Below, one piece after another: positions 25,908 through 38,362 of a stretch of 64,000 nucleotides of DNA; the stretch's first letter is position 1, and each line of letters opens with the position of its first letter. The notes below the pieces were generated by a model. The model was not told the origin of the DNA and made no database searches. It was given only the letters and a program-made list of their open reading frames with translations. This DNA comes from Eledone cirrhosa (lineage: Eukaryota): assembly GCA_964016885.1 (NCBI GenBank), contig OZ024743.1, forward strand, positions 9,362,001 to 9,426,000. The letters are read 5' to 3'. Both the position numbers and the translations under genes were made by a program.

Positions 25908-26370
25908 CATTCGTCTCATTCTGACGTCACCAGCCATGTTTCTCCATGTGTGTTTATTTTCATAATTCCGCACAAGGTGAACTAGCCTGCTTTTAAATTC
26001 CCTTTTTGGCATATTTTGGCAGTGGGATTTTGGTCATCGTGTTGAGCTCTACTGAGGAACCATTCCAAGCGTGACTAATCCCACCACTGAAAAGTTTCGT
26101 GAAATAGTCTTTTTAAGACTATATAGAGCATTTGTAGTTTTTCCAAATTGAAGGATGAGTATTTAAACTTTATTTTATTCTGAGTTAAGACTCTATTGGT
26201 TTTTTCCCTGGATTTCACAAAATCTGTGGATAAAATCTCTGTCTTGATTTTTTTGAATTAAGTTTGAATTATTTTCCCATATCTTATGTTATTTATTTTC
26301 CATTTTGACGTTATAGTCACTTATATATTATGAAATACTGTTGGTTTCTTGCTCACATTAACTTCTCTAT

Positions 26371-26411
<41 letters not shown>

Positions 26412-26734
26412 AACACATAAATACGAATACACATATTTATACTTATACATATGAATATTCAATCGTCGGATCAAAGAAAAGAATAAGTGTTGGTTTCCAT
26501 TGTTCTTTCCATTGATGATATTAACAGCCGGCCGATCACGTGGCAGTCGAGACACCACATTTCCGGTGAAAGGAAGCAGGATTTGGATCCAGAATGCACA
26601 GAGATGAAATAGTTATTACAAAGCCTCTCGTTTTATTTATTGACTTCGGAAAGATAGAAAATAATGTTGACTGTCAGGAATTAAAGTAAGGCATTTAATC
26701 CGATTGTGTTAGTCTCATTTGCATACCGGGCGAT

Positions 26735-26945
26735 GTGTACTTAAGAAAATATATATTTTCAACCGTTCAACAGACCGACTGGTGAAGCGTAATGACCCAG
26801 AAACATGGTTATTGTTCCTCAAAGCACGAGTTGAACAAACTGGTGACGATCGACCACCGGCACGGCGCAGCTTCAAATCGGGCCGTTTGTTTACATACGA
26901 ATCGAGCATTATTATTGATGTTCATATAACCCATACGTACATATA
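26735..26945 (+). mobile_element. Diverged family-A HHR repeat
   Basis: Collinear with 49800-50030 (tatattttcaaccgttcaac...gttgaacaaa..ggtgacg...ccgtttgtttaca...cgtacatat). Decayed core CTGGTGA...GAAACatgGTT at 26779-26810. Confidence 0.55.
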
Positions 26946-26951
26946 TGTGTG

Positions 26952-27036
<85 letters not shown>

Positions 27037-27041
27037 CATTA

Positions 27042-27100
27042 ATAAAGATGCTGATGTAACTTAAATCATTTATTTATTTCAACGGTTCTCCCATGCAATC

Positions 27101-27135
<35 letters not shown>

Positions 27136-27181
27136 CGTGCGCTCGCGTGTGTGTGTATATATATACACACACACGCGAGCG

Positions 27182-27223
<42 letters not shown>

Positions 27224-27245
27224 CACACACACACGCGAGCGCGCG

Positions 27246-27276
<31 letters not shown>

Positions 27277-27334
27277 GATTGCATGGGAGAACCGTTGAAA
27301 TAAATAAATGATTTAAGTTACATCAGCATCCTTA
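27042..27334. mobile_element. Small fold-back/MITE-like element with microsatellite interior
   Basis: ~60-bp unique TIRs (agatgctgatgtaacttaaatc...ttctcccatgcaatc / gattgcatgggagaa...catcagcatcc) bounded by ATAA and TTAA. Confidence 0.75.
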
Positions 27335-28325
27335 ACGGGATCTTCTGAAACTAACAAAGTCAATCTGTAAACGCAGAACTGGATATTTCAAAAAACGTTG
27401 CAACCGGAGGAAGACAGGAAGACGATACTTTGGTTCATGGAAACGTTCGCTGGCAAAGAACGGGAAAAAACGAATAAGATACGTGATTAATAGGAGCGGT
27501 GAAAAACAATTACGCGCAAAGACAGAACCACGTTTATGGTATTATAAACTTTTTTTATTTTTTTTATTCTGGTACATATGGTTTGGCTATGTGTATACGG
27601 GAGTTTTGCGTCTGTGTGAGTATGCAGGTTCGTACTAATGTAGGGTGTGTGTACGTCATGTTTTGGTTGACTTGCGTCTCCGAACATTCGTGTATGTACA
27701 TGTAGGTATGTGTGTGCGTATTTATTTATTTATATACGTTTATATAATTATTTATTTATTTATTTGTATACACACATACACACACATATTTATATGTGTG
27801 TGGTTTTGTATACCTATGGTAAGTATTTTGCGTATGCTTGTGTATGTACGTATTTGTTTGCGTGTATGTATTTATTTATTTCTATTACTTCTGTATTGTA
27901 TTTATTTACTTTGCTCTTAACTCTGTAGCGGAGATTCATTCGGTCTCCTAGTTAGAATTTTAGTCTACGACTTCTGCTATACCATTTACGTGGTTTTGTC
28001 TTTGCGTGCTATTGTTTTCCACGCTCCACATATGACGTATTATCTTCGTTTTTTTCGTTCATTGCCAGAGAACGTCTCTATGAACCACCTAAGATAACAT
28101 TAGTCTACGACCTCTTTTATACCATAAACGTGGTTCTGTCTTTGCGCGTAATTGTTTTTTACCGCTCCTATTAATGACGTATCTTATTCGTTTTTTCCCG
28201 TTCTTTGCCAGCGAACGTTACCACGAACTAAAGTATCGTCTTCCTGTCTTCCCCCGGTTGCAACGTTTTTTGAAATATCCAGTTCTGCGTTTACAGATTG
28301 ACTTTGTTAGTTTCAGAAGATCCCG
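27335..28325. mobile_element. Non-autonomous DNA transposon (MITE-like), ~210-bp TIRs, TTAA flanks
   Basis: ttaa|cgggatcttctgaaactaac... (27331-27542) is complementary to ...gttagtttcagaagatcccg|ttaa (28119-28329). There is an internal ~140-bp tandem duplication at 27960-28240. Confidence 0.8.
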
Positions 28326-28475
28326 TTAAGGGTGAAAGCAGCGATTCTTTGCTTAAACTTTAATCTGTTATTTTAATAAATATTTGCTCTACGGTTCTTA
28401 TATATTTGATATATATTTATCCTTATCGAGACCTCTTTGGATTTTAGTCTTGAAATTTATTATTATTAATATATA

Positions 28476-28571
<96 letters not shown>

Positions 28572-28666
28572 AACGAAACTTCATCACTTTTACTAATATA
28601 TATACATACATATGTATATATATATAAAACGAAAAATCAGTGATGTATCTGAACTCAGTTTATGGC

Positions 28667-28753
28667 GCGTTACAATTGTTTCGCCGGCAGATAGCTCGAG
28701 ACACGATCATTGTGTGGATCTGTCTGATTCTAGGACTGCAGGTTCGTGGATAC
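28667..28753 (-). ncRNA. Hammerhead-like motif with long stem II (family B, decayed core)
   Basis: Minus strand CCACGA acctgcag...tctgccggc GAAAC aatt GTA acgc. Confidence 0.5.
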
Positions 28754-28959
28754 TTGTAATAATTTCGGATCAAATTTTCTCAGTAGGGTGTTAGCGTCAA
28801 AAACTTCTTCCTCGCTTGTCCTGCTATTGCCTCTTGTTTTTCAACGTCATCATAAATTTTGACCAATAGGTGCTGTCACACTGACCATCAGCTGTCCCTC
28901 TGCCTGACACACTTCAATGATTCCATGCTGGGTTTGGTAGTCCACGCGCGCACATACAG

Positions 28960-28999
<40 letters not shown>

Positions 29000-29146
29000 C
29001 CAACCACATACACACACGCACACACTCATATAAATAACAACATCCGCACGTATATACTCCCGCCATGCATACGCACCCAAAGCGAACCCATATAACTATA
29101 GATATACGCGTCTACAGACGCCTGCCTACATGCCCATGTACATCAG

Positions 29147-29177
<31 letters not shown>

Positions 29178-30365
29178 ACACACACACACACATGCGCACA
29201 CACATGCATACGCGTATATCTACTCGTATACACAAACACGTACAGACATATACATAGACACGCACATACACACACGTGTCCATTTATACAGGCACAAAGA
29301 CAGACTCGCTCCCAAACACACATATATATGTATATACACACACACACATATGTACACACAAACAAGCCCTCACCCTACAGTAGGTGCACGTACAAGCACA
29401 CACACGCACACGCACACACTGGCTCATATACACTCAAACAAATACGCGACTATTTCCTACATGCCCACACACGTCTACAAAGATACATACATACATATAT
29501 CTGTCTGTACTCAAATATGATATACTCACAAAGTCATATAAATCTATACAATGGGTCATACAGGGTCATCCATGAAGATGCAACTTGTTATATACATGCA
29601 CAAATATAAACAATATAACCAAATACATACATCCATACCCATACATCCATATATATATAGATACACACACATATATATATGTGTACCTACACATACCTAC
29701 ACATCTACAAAAAAATATACAATATACTAAAATATACATATAACGTCATACATTAAAAGATGTATCTTGTATTAAACATGCACATATATAAACAATATAA
29801 CCATATACATACATCCATACACATTCACATAACACATACATATATATCACTCTACATACACACACATATATATATACACATACGCATACATATGTACACG
29901 AATATAAAAAAGAAATATGCAATATATTAAAATATACATATAACGTCACATAGAGATATATAAAAAAGGGTGAAGAAGGGACGTGTATGCGTTTGATATA
30001 GTACATAGGGGGAGTATGAGATGTACACTTGGGCCCGTATATGGAACAAATAATATGTGTTCCAAAATGGAACACGTGGAGAGTATGGATTCTCGATTGA
30101 AAAGGTACATATGCATATTGGAGTATGTCACTGTGGTTGAGGTATGTTGTCCTATAGATGTAAGGTATTTAACTGAAAGCCAGTGGGATCCGGGTCAACC
30201 TGTCCCGGCTCAGGCGATGTTCTTGCCTAAGGTGGCGTGCAGAGTCGGGTATGCATCTTGGGTTATTTTGGTTTACCCCACGGGGCATATATTATCATCA
30301 GGGTATGGTGTCTGATCCATTGAACCCGTTTCGCCGCTCTGGTCGGCGTGCGCTCCGCCGCATGC

Positions 30366-30843
30366 TTTAGCCTGGGCTTCCCGGTGGATTCCATGCGGAG
30401 AGTGTGCACCTTCTCTGGTGGCTGCACGTCATGATAATTTCCGATTTCAGGTTGACCGCATCATCCCTCAGGCTGACTATTTCCATGGCCTCGTATAGGC
30501 ATAGGCTACACTTTCTACTTCCAGCCGAGTATGTCTTTCAAATCCCACACCGGGGCACTAGCCTAGTGGAGTGCCTCTTACTGCGGTCCTTGAAAGAGTT
30601 CCTGTGGTTATACATCTGCGATTTAAAGGTCGTGGATGTTGCGCCGATGTAGGTGCGCTTTATATTGTGCGTTCTAACCACACATTTATATACCAGGCCC
30701 TTCTTCAGGCATCTTCCCTGTAGGGGGCACTGGGTGCCCGATCTGCAGTTACATGTTCTGTCGTTATTTTGTTCACTTCGGACGCCTGGCACTCGATCTG
30801 CTGTGGCCCTCTCCCGATTCCCAGGGTGTTGTTCCGCCGGCAC
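30366..30843 (-). pseudogene. PLE GIY-YIG endonuclease domain, frameshifted and internally deleted
   Basis: CNCRSGTQCPLQGRCLKKGLVYKC...YIGATSTTFKSQMYNHRNSF...VWDLKD / YSAGSRKCSLCLYEAMEI...NLKSEIIMTCSH. Confidence 0.85.
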
Positions 30844-31144
30844 GATGGTCTCCTCTCTGCCACTCGTTCCCTCCTGGCGTTGGATTGTATCGCTTTCCGC
30901 GGGCGTGGCGGCCGCCGCGGGGGCCGCCGCGGGGGCCGGGTTGCTGTTGAAAGACCGGTCCTCGAGTGGCCCTCCGTGCTCCGATAGACGGTCATTCTGC
31001 TGCCGCGGTTAACGGTCGATGTTCCCAATCTTTACTGCGTTGGTTTTGGACGTAGAAAAACAACAGCCAATAGCAGGACAAGCGAGGAAGATGTTGTTTG
31101 ACGCTAACAACCCAGTGAGAAAATTTGATCCGAAATTATCACAA

Positions 31145-31232
31145 GTGTCCGACGAACCTGCAGGTCCAGAATCAGACAGATCCATACAAAGATCGTGTCT
31201 CGAGCTGTCTGCCGGCGAAACAATTGTAACAC
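31145..31232 (+). ncRNA. Type I hammerhead-like motif, U4C core, ~61-nt stem II (family B)
   Basis: GTGT CCGACGA acctgcagg...tctgccggc GAAAC aatt GTA ACAC, with palindromic stem III ACAATTGT and predicted cut after 31228. Confidence 0.65.
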
Positions 31233-31340
31233 ACAATAAACTGAGTTCAGATGCATCACTGATTTTTCATTTTATATTATATCACACTCTGCTCTGTAAG
31301 AACATAGAGTACTCAACAGTCTATGCAAGCATCATAGCTA

Positions 31341-31400
<60 letters not shown>

Positions 31401-31758
31401 ACATATATATATATACATATACATACATACATACATACCTATATACATATGTATGCCTTCATACACACAGATGAATAAATGTACGTATATATACGGAATG
31501 ATAGGGAAACGTGCATCCGTCTGCTATCTATATAGTTATCGTTTGCCACGACTGATAGGAATTCCCGCCATCTGGCCATGTGCACACATCTAAATCTTTG
31601 GGAACATACGCGAATATGTGCATATCTCCACATATAACTTCCCGCATGTGCGGACGTATAGCAGTATGTACAAACACACACACACACACACAGACACACA
31701 TACACACACACACACACACACACTCACACACACCCACACACACACACACAAACACACA

Positions 31759-31824
<66 letters not shown>

Positions 31825-32751
31825 GACTCAGACACATATACACACACATATATACAAGCATACATACGTATGCTTGTATGTATATGCATATTTGCATACA
31901 TATATGAATAGATTTGTCTATTTGTAAAACTGTCGGCATAGTTACTTTGGTCTATCCACTCTCCTACCTACATATCACCTGATATATTATATTTTTTAGA
32001 TCAATGATACCTTACTACATACTATTTTAGTATATTAAAACATATTGGTCGACATCTTGATTCACAGAATAAATATTTAATATCCTCTCTTTCAATTACG
32101 TACCTAGTCACAAACGCAGAAATATTTTTACATTGACAGACCTCCTTTGGGGTGGGTGAGAGATGTCTTTTCTTGTGAAAATGGGTATAGCTTTCATTAT
32201 GTAAAATCTCCTCATTTTGACTAATTTCTCCCCGTTTTGGGTCACTTTTTTCATGGTACTCCCCATTTGTGTTTTTAGAGGTTGGCAGGTCTGCATTGAT
32301 GAACTCGAAAACAAGTTTCTTATTCCAATCCGATTAACATCGCAGAGGCAAACCACTATTGTCCCACCCTTTAGCATAGCAGTCTCGAAAATCATATTCA
32401 TACCAGAAACCCTACCAAAAATATGCTGATACACCAAAATAAACTCATACATCAATAAACTAACACATCATATGTAGATCTAAACCCCTCCAAATTAAAG
32501 TATAGGATTCTTTTTATATTCCAAATATTCTAAACAAATCTGTACCACTCGAATATTTAGCAAATATTATATCTTTATTTTCTAACAGCCAAAATAAAAT
32601 AAAAACAAAGAAATAATATATGAAATAAAAATAATACATCTCCCAACACATTTCTATAACTCCAACCCGCCTACATCCTACATAATAGCTATCTACACAG
32701 AAACCATCGACATAAATAGAGAACAAACATTGAACTGTACTTAAAATTCAA

Positions 32752-32851
<100 letters not shown>

Positions 32852-32978
32852 GCTATGTATATATATATATATGTAGCTATGTATATATAGGTATTATAGG
32901 TATTTATATGTATGTATATACTTACACACTCACACTCACAAGCTCACATATATATATATATATTCTTACATGTATATT

Positions 32979-33038
<60 letters not shown>

Positions 33039-33619
33039 AAGTAGAAATTGATTAACATATAAATAAACATGAATAATCATGGATATAGATATATAAATAC
33101 GGCTCCTTAATTGTAGAGCAAACTCTGTTGAAAGGATTTGACTGCTGTTTCTAGTTATCGATAACCCTATTCACGCCACTGTGACGAAGCTGGTATGATG
33201 TGTGTATTTCTAGTAGATACAGCACGTGTTGCTGGCCAGTTGAACTTGAAGTGTAAACATAGATCGCTGGACTTCTTCCTTGTTGAAAATCCAAGTACCG
33301 GCCTCCATGGTTTACCATTCGATTAATTGGTGAAATATATTTCTTTAATGGAATATATACAGGGAAGATTAATCATATTATAAGGTATCTATTTTTGAAG
33401 TTCTGGTTAACTTTATTTAGTTACCTACCTAGCTATGTGTGCTTACACACTTTTATAAAAATTATCTCCTGTGATTATTCATGTTTATTTATATGTTAAT
33501 CAATTTCTAGTTATTATAAAATGCTCGGACCTATTCGTTAGAATCTTAGAGCTTATTTTGCGGGTGATATGGCGTATGTCTTTCTGGCATGACACCCATA
33601 ATTTTGATTATCTTAATTT

Positions 33620-33678
<59 letters not shown>

Positions 33679-33760
33679 ATGTATGTATGTATGTATATAT
33701 ATATATATATATAATATTAATTCTAAATATTAACAAAATAGATATTCTTGTGATCAAGTA

Positions 33761-33827
33761 TATTTTATTATACATATTTCAGAGGTACTGAGTTAAGTTC
33801 AACAGTACATCCTCATCAGATAAAATA
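33761..33827 (-). ncRNA. Type I hammerhead ribozyme motif
   Basis: Minus strand TATTTTAT CTGATGA gga t GTACTG ttgaacttaact CAGTAC c tct GAAA tatgta TA ATAAAATA: 8-bp stem I, long stem II and canonical core. Confidence 0.7.
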
Positions 33828-34426
33828 AGATGATGCATGACATACCCTGAATTAGTAGATGGTTAAGATTCAGTCATGGTAGTGATTAACATATGACAAA
33901 ACTCAATATTTATACCCTAATATTGAGAACATGAGTAAAATATATAATACAAACAATAGAGAGGATGCGTGTAATACAGCTTAAAAATTACATGGCATCA
34001 ATATAACAGTTAAAAAAACAAAAAACTACCGAAGAAAGAGGAAAGAACGGAAGCATAGAGGAAGAAACAGCTGTTGTGATAATATATTTAGTAGGTGCCT
34101 CGAAAAACAAATGAGAGATGATTAAAGAGAGAGAGAGACAAAGGGGAGTAATTTATGTTCAAGTTTAGAGACAATTATCCATATATGCAATATATATCCA
34201 AACTTATTTATTTGACCGTTAATATTCAAAATATTTAATTTAAGTTATTTCAGAGTAATGAGTAATATTTTAGGTTATAAAAGTTAATAGGTATCTGTAT
34301 TAATATTATACATACATACATTATTCCAAACACCCTAACAATAGACTACCTGTATTAGACACAGAACTCTGGATTAACACTATAGACGAGAGAGCCCAAA
34401 TTCTCCACTCACACTATGCTAAACCC

Positions 34427-35338
34427 ATGGCCTCCAAATACCTGATACTCAAAAACTCAGCAATGTCCAGTAGTGCTAAGTTTAATATTCTGATCGCAGA
34501 TTTGGTACGAGTGATGAAGAATGTGTCCCGCATGTGCGACCCAACAGAAATGGAAAGACACATCCAACACTTCATCAACCGCATGCAGTTCTCTGGCTAC
34601 AACCAAAGAGACAGAGTCAGAGTATACGAAGGAGCCATGGAAAAGTATAAGACCCTCATAGAACTGGACATGAAAGGAAGTTGCCCATTATACAGGAGCA
34701 AATCATGGAATAGCTTAGATAGGGCTAGACATAAGATAGGGAAAGCCACCTCATGGTACGACAACCAGAGATACCAGAGTGTCATGTTTGTGGGCGCTAC
34801 CCCTGGAGGGAAATTAGCTAACCAGTGTAGAAAGGCCCTGAGAAAGACCCCCTTAAAAATAAAGGTGGTAGAAAAGCCAGGAACCACCATAAAATCCCTG
34901 ATCAGCAAAACCTACCCTTTTAAGAAAACCCACTGTACCAATAGGAAATGTATCATATGTAAAGTAAACCCCCGGATAAACTGTAAGACTAGAAACGTAG
35001 TCTATAGCATAAGATGTACAGAGGGTACTTGCAGAAACATGACAACAACATACATAGGTGAGACAGCTCGTAGCATAGGTGAAAGGATAGACCAACACTG
35101 GGGGGAACTAAAAGGACGAAAAAACGGGTCAGTACTATACGAACATGCTAGACGACAACATGACGGTAACATAGACAACATAGAAATTAGAATAATATCT
35201 AAACATAGAAATGACTCAGCAGATAGGCAAATCAGAGAGGCCAGTGAAATAGAAATTAGAAGACCAAGGCTAAACAGAAAGAATGAATGGAATAACAACA
35301 ACACCCAAACAAACAACACTGACCTAAGAGAAGTATAA
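34427..35338 (+). CDS. PLE polyprotein C-terminal part (GIY-YIG endonuclease), uninterrupted but 5'-truncated
   Basis: Motifs MQFSGY, CTNRKCIIC, CKTRNVVYSIRC...YIGETARSIGERIDQH, RQIREASEI and RLNRKNEW. Confidence 0.8.
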   Translation: MASKYLILKNSAMSSSAKFNILIADLVRVMKNVSRMCDPTEMERHIQHFINRMQFSGYNQRDRVRVYEGAMEKYKTLIELDMKGSCPLYRSKSWNSLDRARHKIGKATSWYDNQRYQSVMFVGATPGGKLANQCRKALRKTPLKIKVVEKPGTTIKSLISKTYPFKKTHCTNRKCIICKVNPRINCKTRNVVYSIRCTEGTCRNMTTTYIGETARSIGERIDQHWGELKGRKNGSVLYEHARRQHDGNIDNIEIRIISKHRNDSADRQIREASEIEIRRPRLNRKNEWNNNNTQTNNTDLREV

Positions 35339-35575
35339 ATAAGTAAATAAAATAAAATAAATAAATAAATAAATACATACACAAGCACAATAACAACAAG
35401 CACATAAACACACACTAGTCACCCATCACACAGCAAACAAAACACTATACACACACGCAAACGCATGCGCAAAGAAGACAAAATAAATTAAACAAACAAG
35501 CAAATAAATAAATAAATATATAGACAGACTGAATAAAAATGGTGTAGACATACAATACAACAGGAGGAAAATATA

Positions 35576-35620
35576 ACACCACTGACGATGTTGCATATGT
35601 GCAACGAAAGATTTATGATA
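35576..35620 (+). ncRNA. Hammerhead motif in PLE 3' region
   Basis: acca CTGACGA t GTTGCA tatg TGCAAC GAAA gatt TA tgat: 6-bp stem II, with stems I and III slightly decayed. Confidence 0.65.
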
Positions 35621-35820
35621 AACTATATATATGTGTTTGTGTCTATATTGTATGTGTATTATTTTTGACCGTCGGTCAGTCAATGGCAACATTGAGGACC
35701 GAGTAAATTAGATTACCGATATAAAAGACACAGAAGCGAGAAGCGAAAACCAACCAAACAGTGAGTGTGTTCTGTTATTAATTCTGGCAATATTACACAA
35801 ATATGACCCTCCCTAAGTAT

Positions 35821-35880
<60 letters not shown>

Positions 35881-36099
35881 ATATATCAGTTTTGATCGAA
35901 ATTTCTCTGTGCATTTTGCAAACATTTTCGATAACCTTATTTTCTATCAACAACCTTATAGATGCCACATTTATATAATTTGTTAGGAGTCTAGTTCATT
36001 CACTTCTCTTGTTCGCTTCATGTTTGTAAATTTCTTAACAAATTCTAATCAAAAGAGCAAGGTCGAGAGAATATGGTGCTTGAAGCAATTTCCTTTATC

Positions 36100-37010
36100 C
36101 GAATTCCTATTGGGGGCGTTCGTAACTCGTGCACTATCTCGGGCAATATCAAAACAGGTTTTATCGTAATGTTGAATGACACTTTTTCGATAAGCATGGC
36201 TGTTCTACTTCGTCCCAAACTGATTTCAAATGTTGTAGTTGTTGGTAATAGATCTCAGCAATGGTTGTTTAATTATTGTCTAAGAGTTCACAGAGAACAT
36301 CTCTTTGCATGTCTCTCCAACACACTTAACATAGGAAGTATGTTTTGAATGCGACAAGCAAGTCACCGTTCACTGGGTTTATACACCATATTGTAAGGTT
36401 GTATTATTTAGTCAATATTAGTGCGAAGCTTCTATTTCTATTTCAAATCTATACTTAACTTGATTTTTCTTGGATATCGATACCTCATCGATGATTGAGT
36501 AGGTTTATTAACATTGTAGTGAAGGAAATGTTTCTTATGTCTAGTAATACCTCTGTCCCAAAACACTACCTAGAGTTGGCATGTATCCAATACTTCGCAG
36601 TAATGGAAACGTTGTTGGGTATTCTCTTTAGACAGGTCACGGCACCCTTCTTCCAAACTTTTTGAAACCTTATTTTATGTAAGATCGTCATATAGTTCAC
36701 CCTGAAATATCCATCGTGTTCCCGAGTAACATCCATTTCCACCATCTCCAAATTTAGTTCAATTTTACGACCCTTCCTTGGTCCATCTGTTAGACGCATA
36801 TCAATTTCTGAAGAAGTAAAACCACACCCTAAATTTTATTTCATATATTGCGTGAACAACATAAATACTTCCGATGGAATTTGCAGCGGTACATTCACTA
36901 ATACTACTATAAAACCCGCAATACATGACACAAACGTTGTTAATTTGAAAGCGTTTTCATCAATAATGGTATGTGCTTCCATAATGGCCCATCAGAAACA
37001 GCTAGGCCGA
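36100..37010 (-). pseudogene. Highly decayed non-LTR retrotransposon remnant (possibly RLE-type)
   Basis: Coding-like minus-strand fragments (YWIHANSR, GPRKGRK, NLTIW, DVLCEL). No diagnostic motif is intact. Confidence 0.3.
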
Positions 37011-37443
37011 TAGATGGAACTGCTCTCTTGGGCATTGTTTTCCCCATCACACACATACCACATTTAGGACAAATACAAGCTAGCATCACACAATAAGCCT
37101 GACATGCATTGATCATGTCAATCGAAACATCAAGTGTGTTTCACCAAGAAGATACAATTAAACACAAGATACGAAGTTTCTTCCTCAAAGACAATAGGAA
37201 TAATATATTCATTGCTATATTTATGGTATAATGTATCGATTTAAATAAATATACCATACATGATTTCCCGTGTCACATGAAATTGACGCAATCAGCCCGT
37301 CTATTCTAAGTTATTCTCCTGACGGCCATTTTAGAAATCTAATTATAAATAATATATTCCCTCTCCCTTCTACTTAATTCCCAGTAAGGTAAATGAAGCA
37401 AGTTGCAAAGTAATAATTCTAAGAGAAATTTGGTTTGTTGTTT

Positions 37444-38362
<919 letters not shown>

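Larger units (their letters stand above)
23211..25927. repeat. ~2.7-kb spacer-less palindrome (centre 24558/24559) with one HHR per arm
   Basis: Centre cagaggtacatc|gatgtacctctg. The arms are complementary out to acgtcagaatgagacg / cgtctcattctgacgt, with scattered mismatches and microsatellite length differences. Confidence 0.95.
28622..31342 (-). mobile_element. 5'-truncated Penelope-like element (Naiad-like) bounded by inverted pLTRs
   Basis: GIY-YIG remnant at 30366-30800 on minus. 28624-28849 is the reverse complement of 31048-31276, and both contain HHR motifs. Confidence 0.85.
34322..35825 (+). mobile_element. 5'-truncated Penelope-like element (RT thumb, GIY-YIG, 3' HHR)
   Basis: Open frame from 34322 (HPNNRLPVLD...HYAKPMAS) to 35338, HHR at 35576-35620, ending in (TA)n at 35825. 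Confidence 0.85.

Noticed and set aside
30366-30843. Selenocysteine recoding, as reported for some Naiad PLEs
   Set aside because: The Cys positions visible here are TGY codons. The TGA at 30538 follows a frameshift, and no SECIS could be recognised by eye.
32108-32455. 115-aa minus-strand ORF, possibly a LINE C-terminus or exon
   Set aside because: It has no diagnostic motif and cannot be supported without a homology search.
33135-33185. Hammerhead-like GAAACAGCAGTC with a gttatcgataac hairpin on the minus strand
   Set aside because: There is no CUGANGA-like box or stem I. It is more likely part of an old SINE-like repeat.
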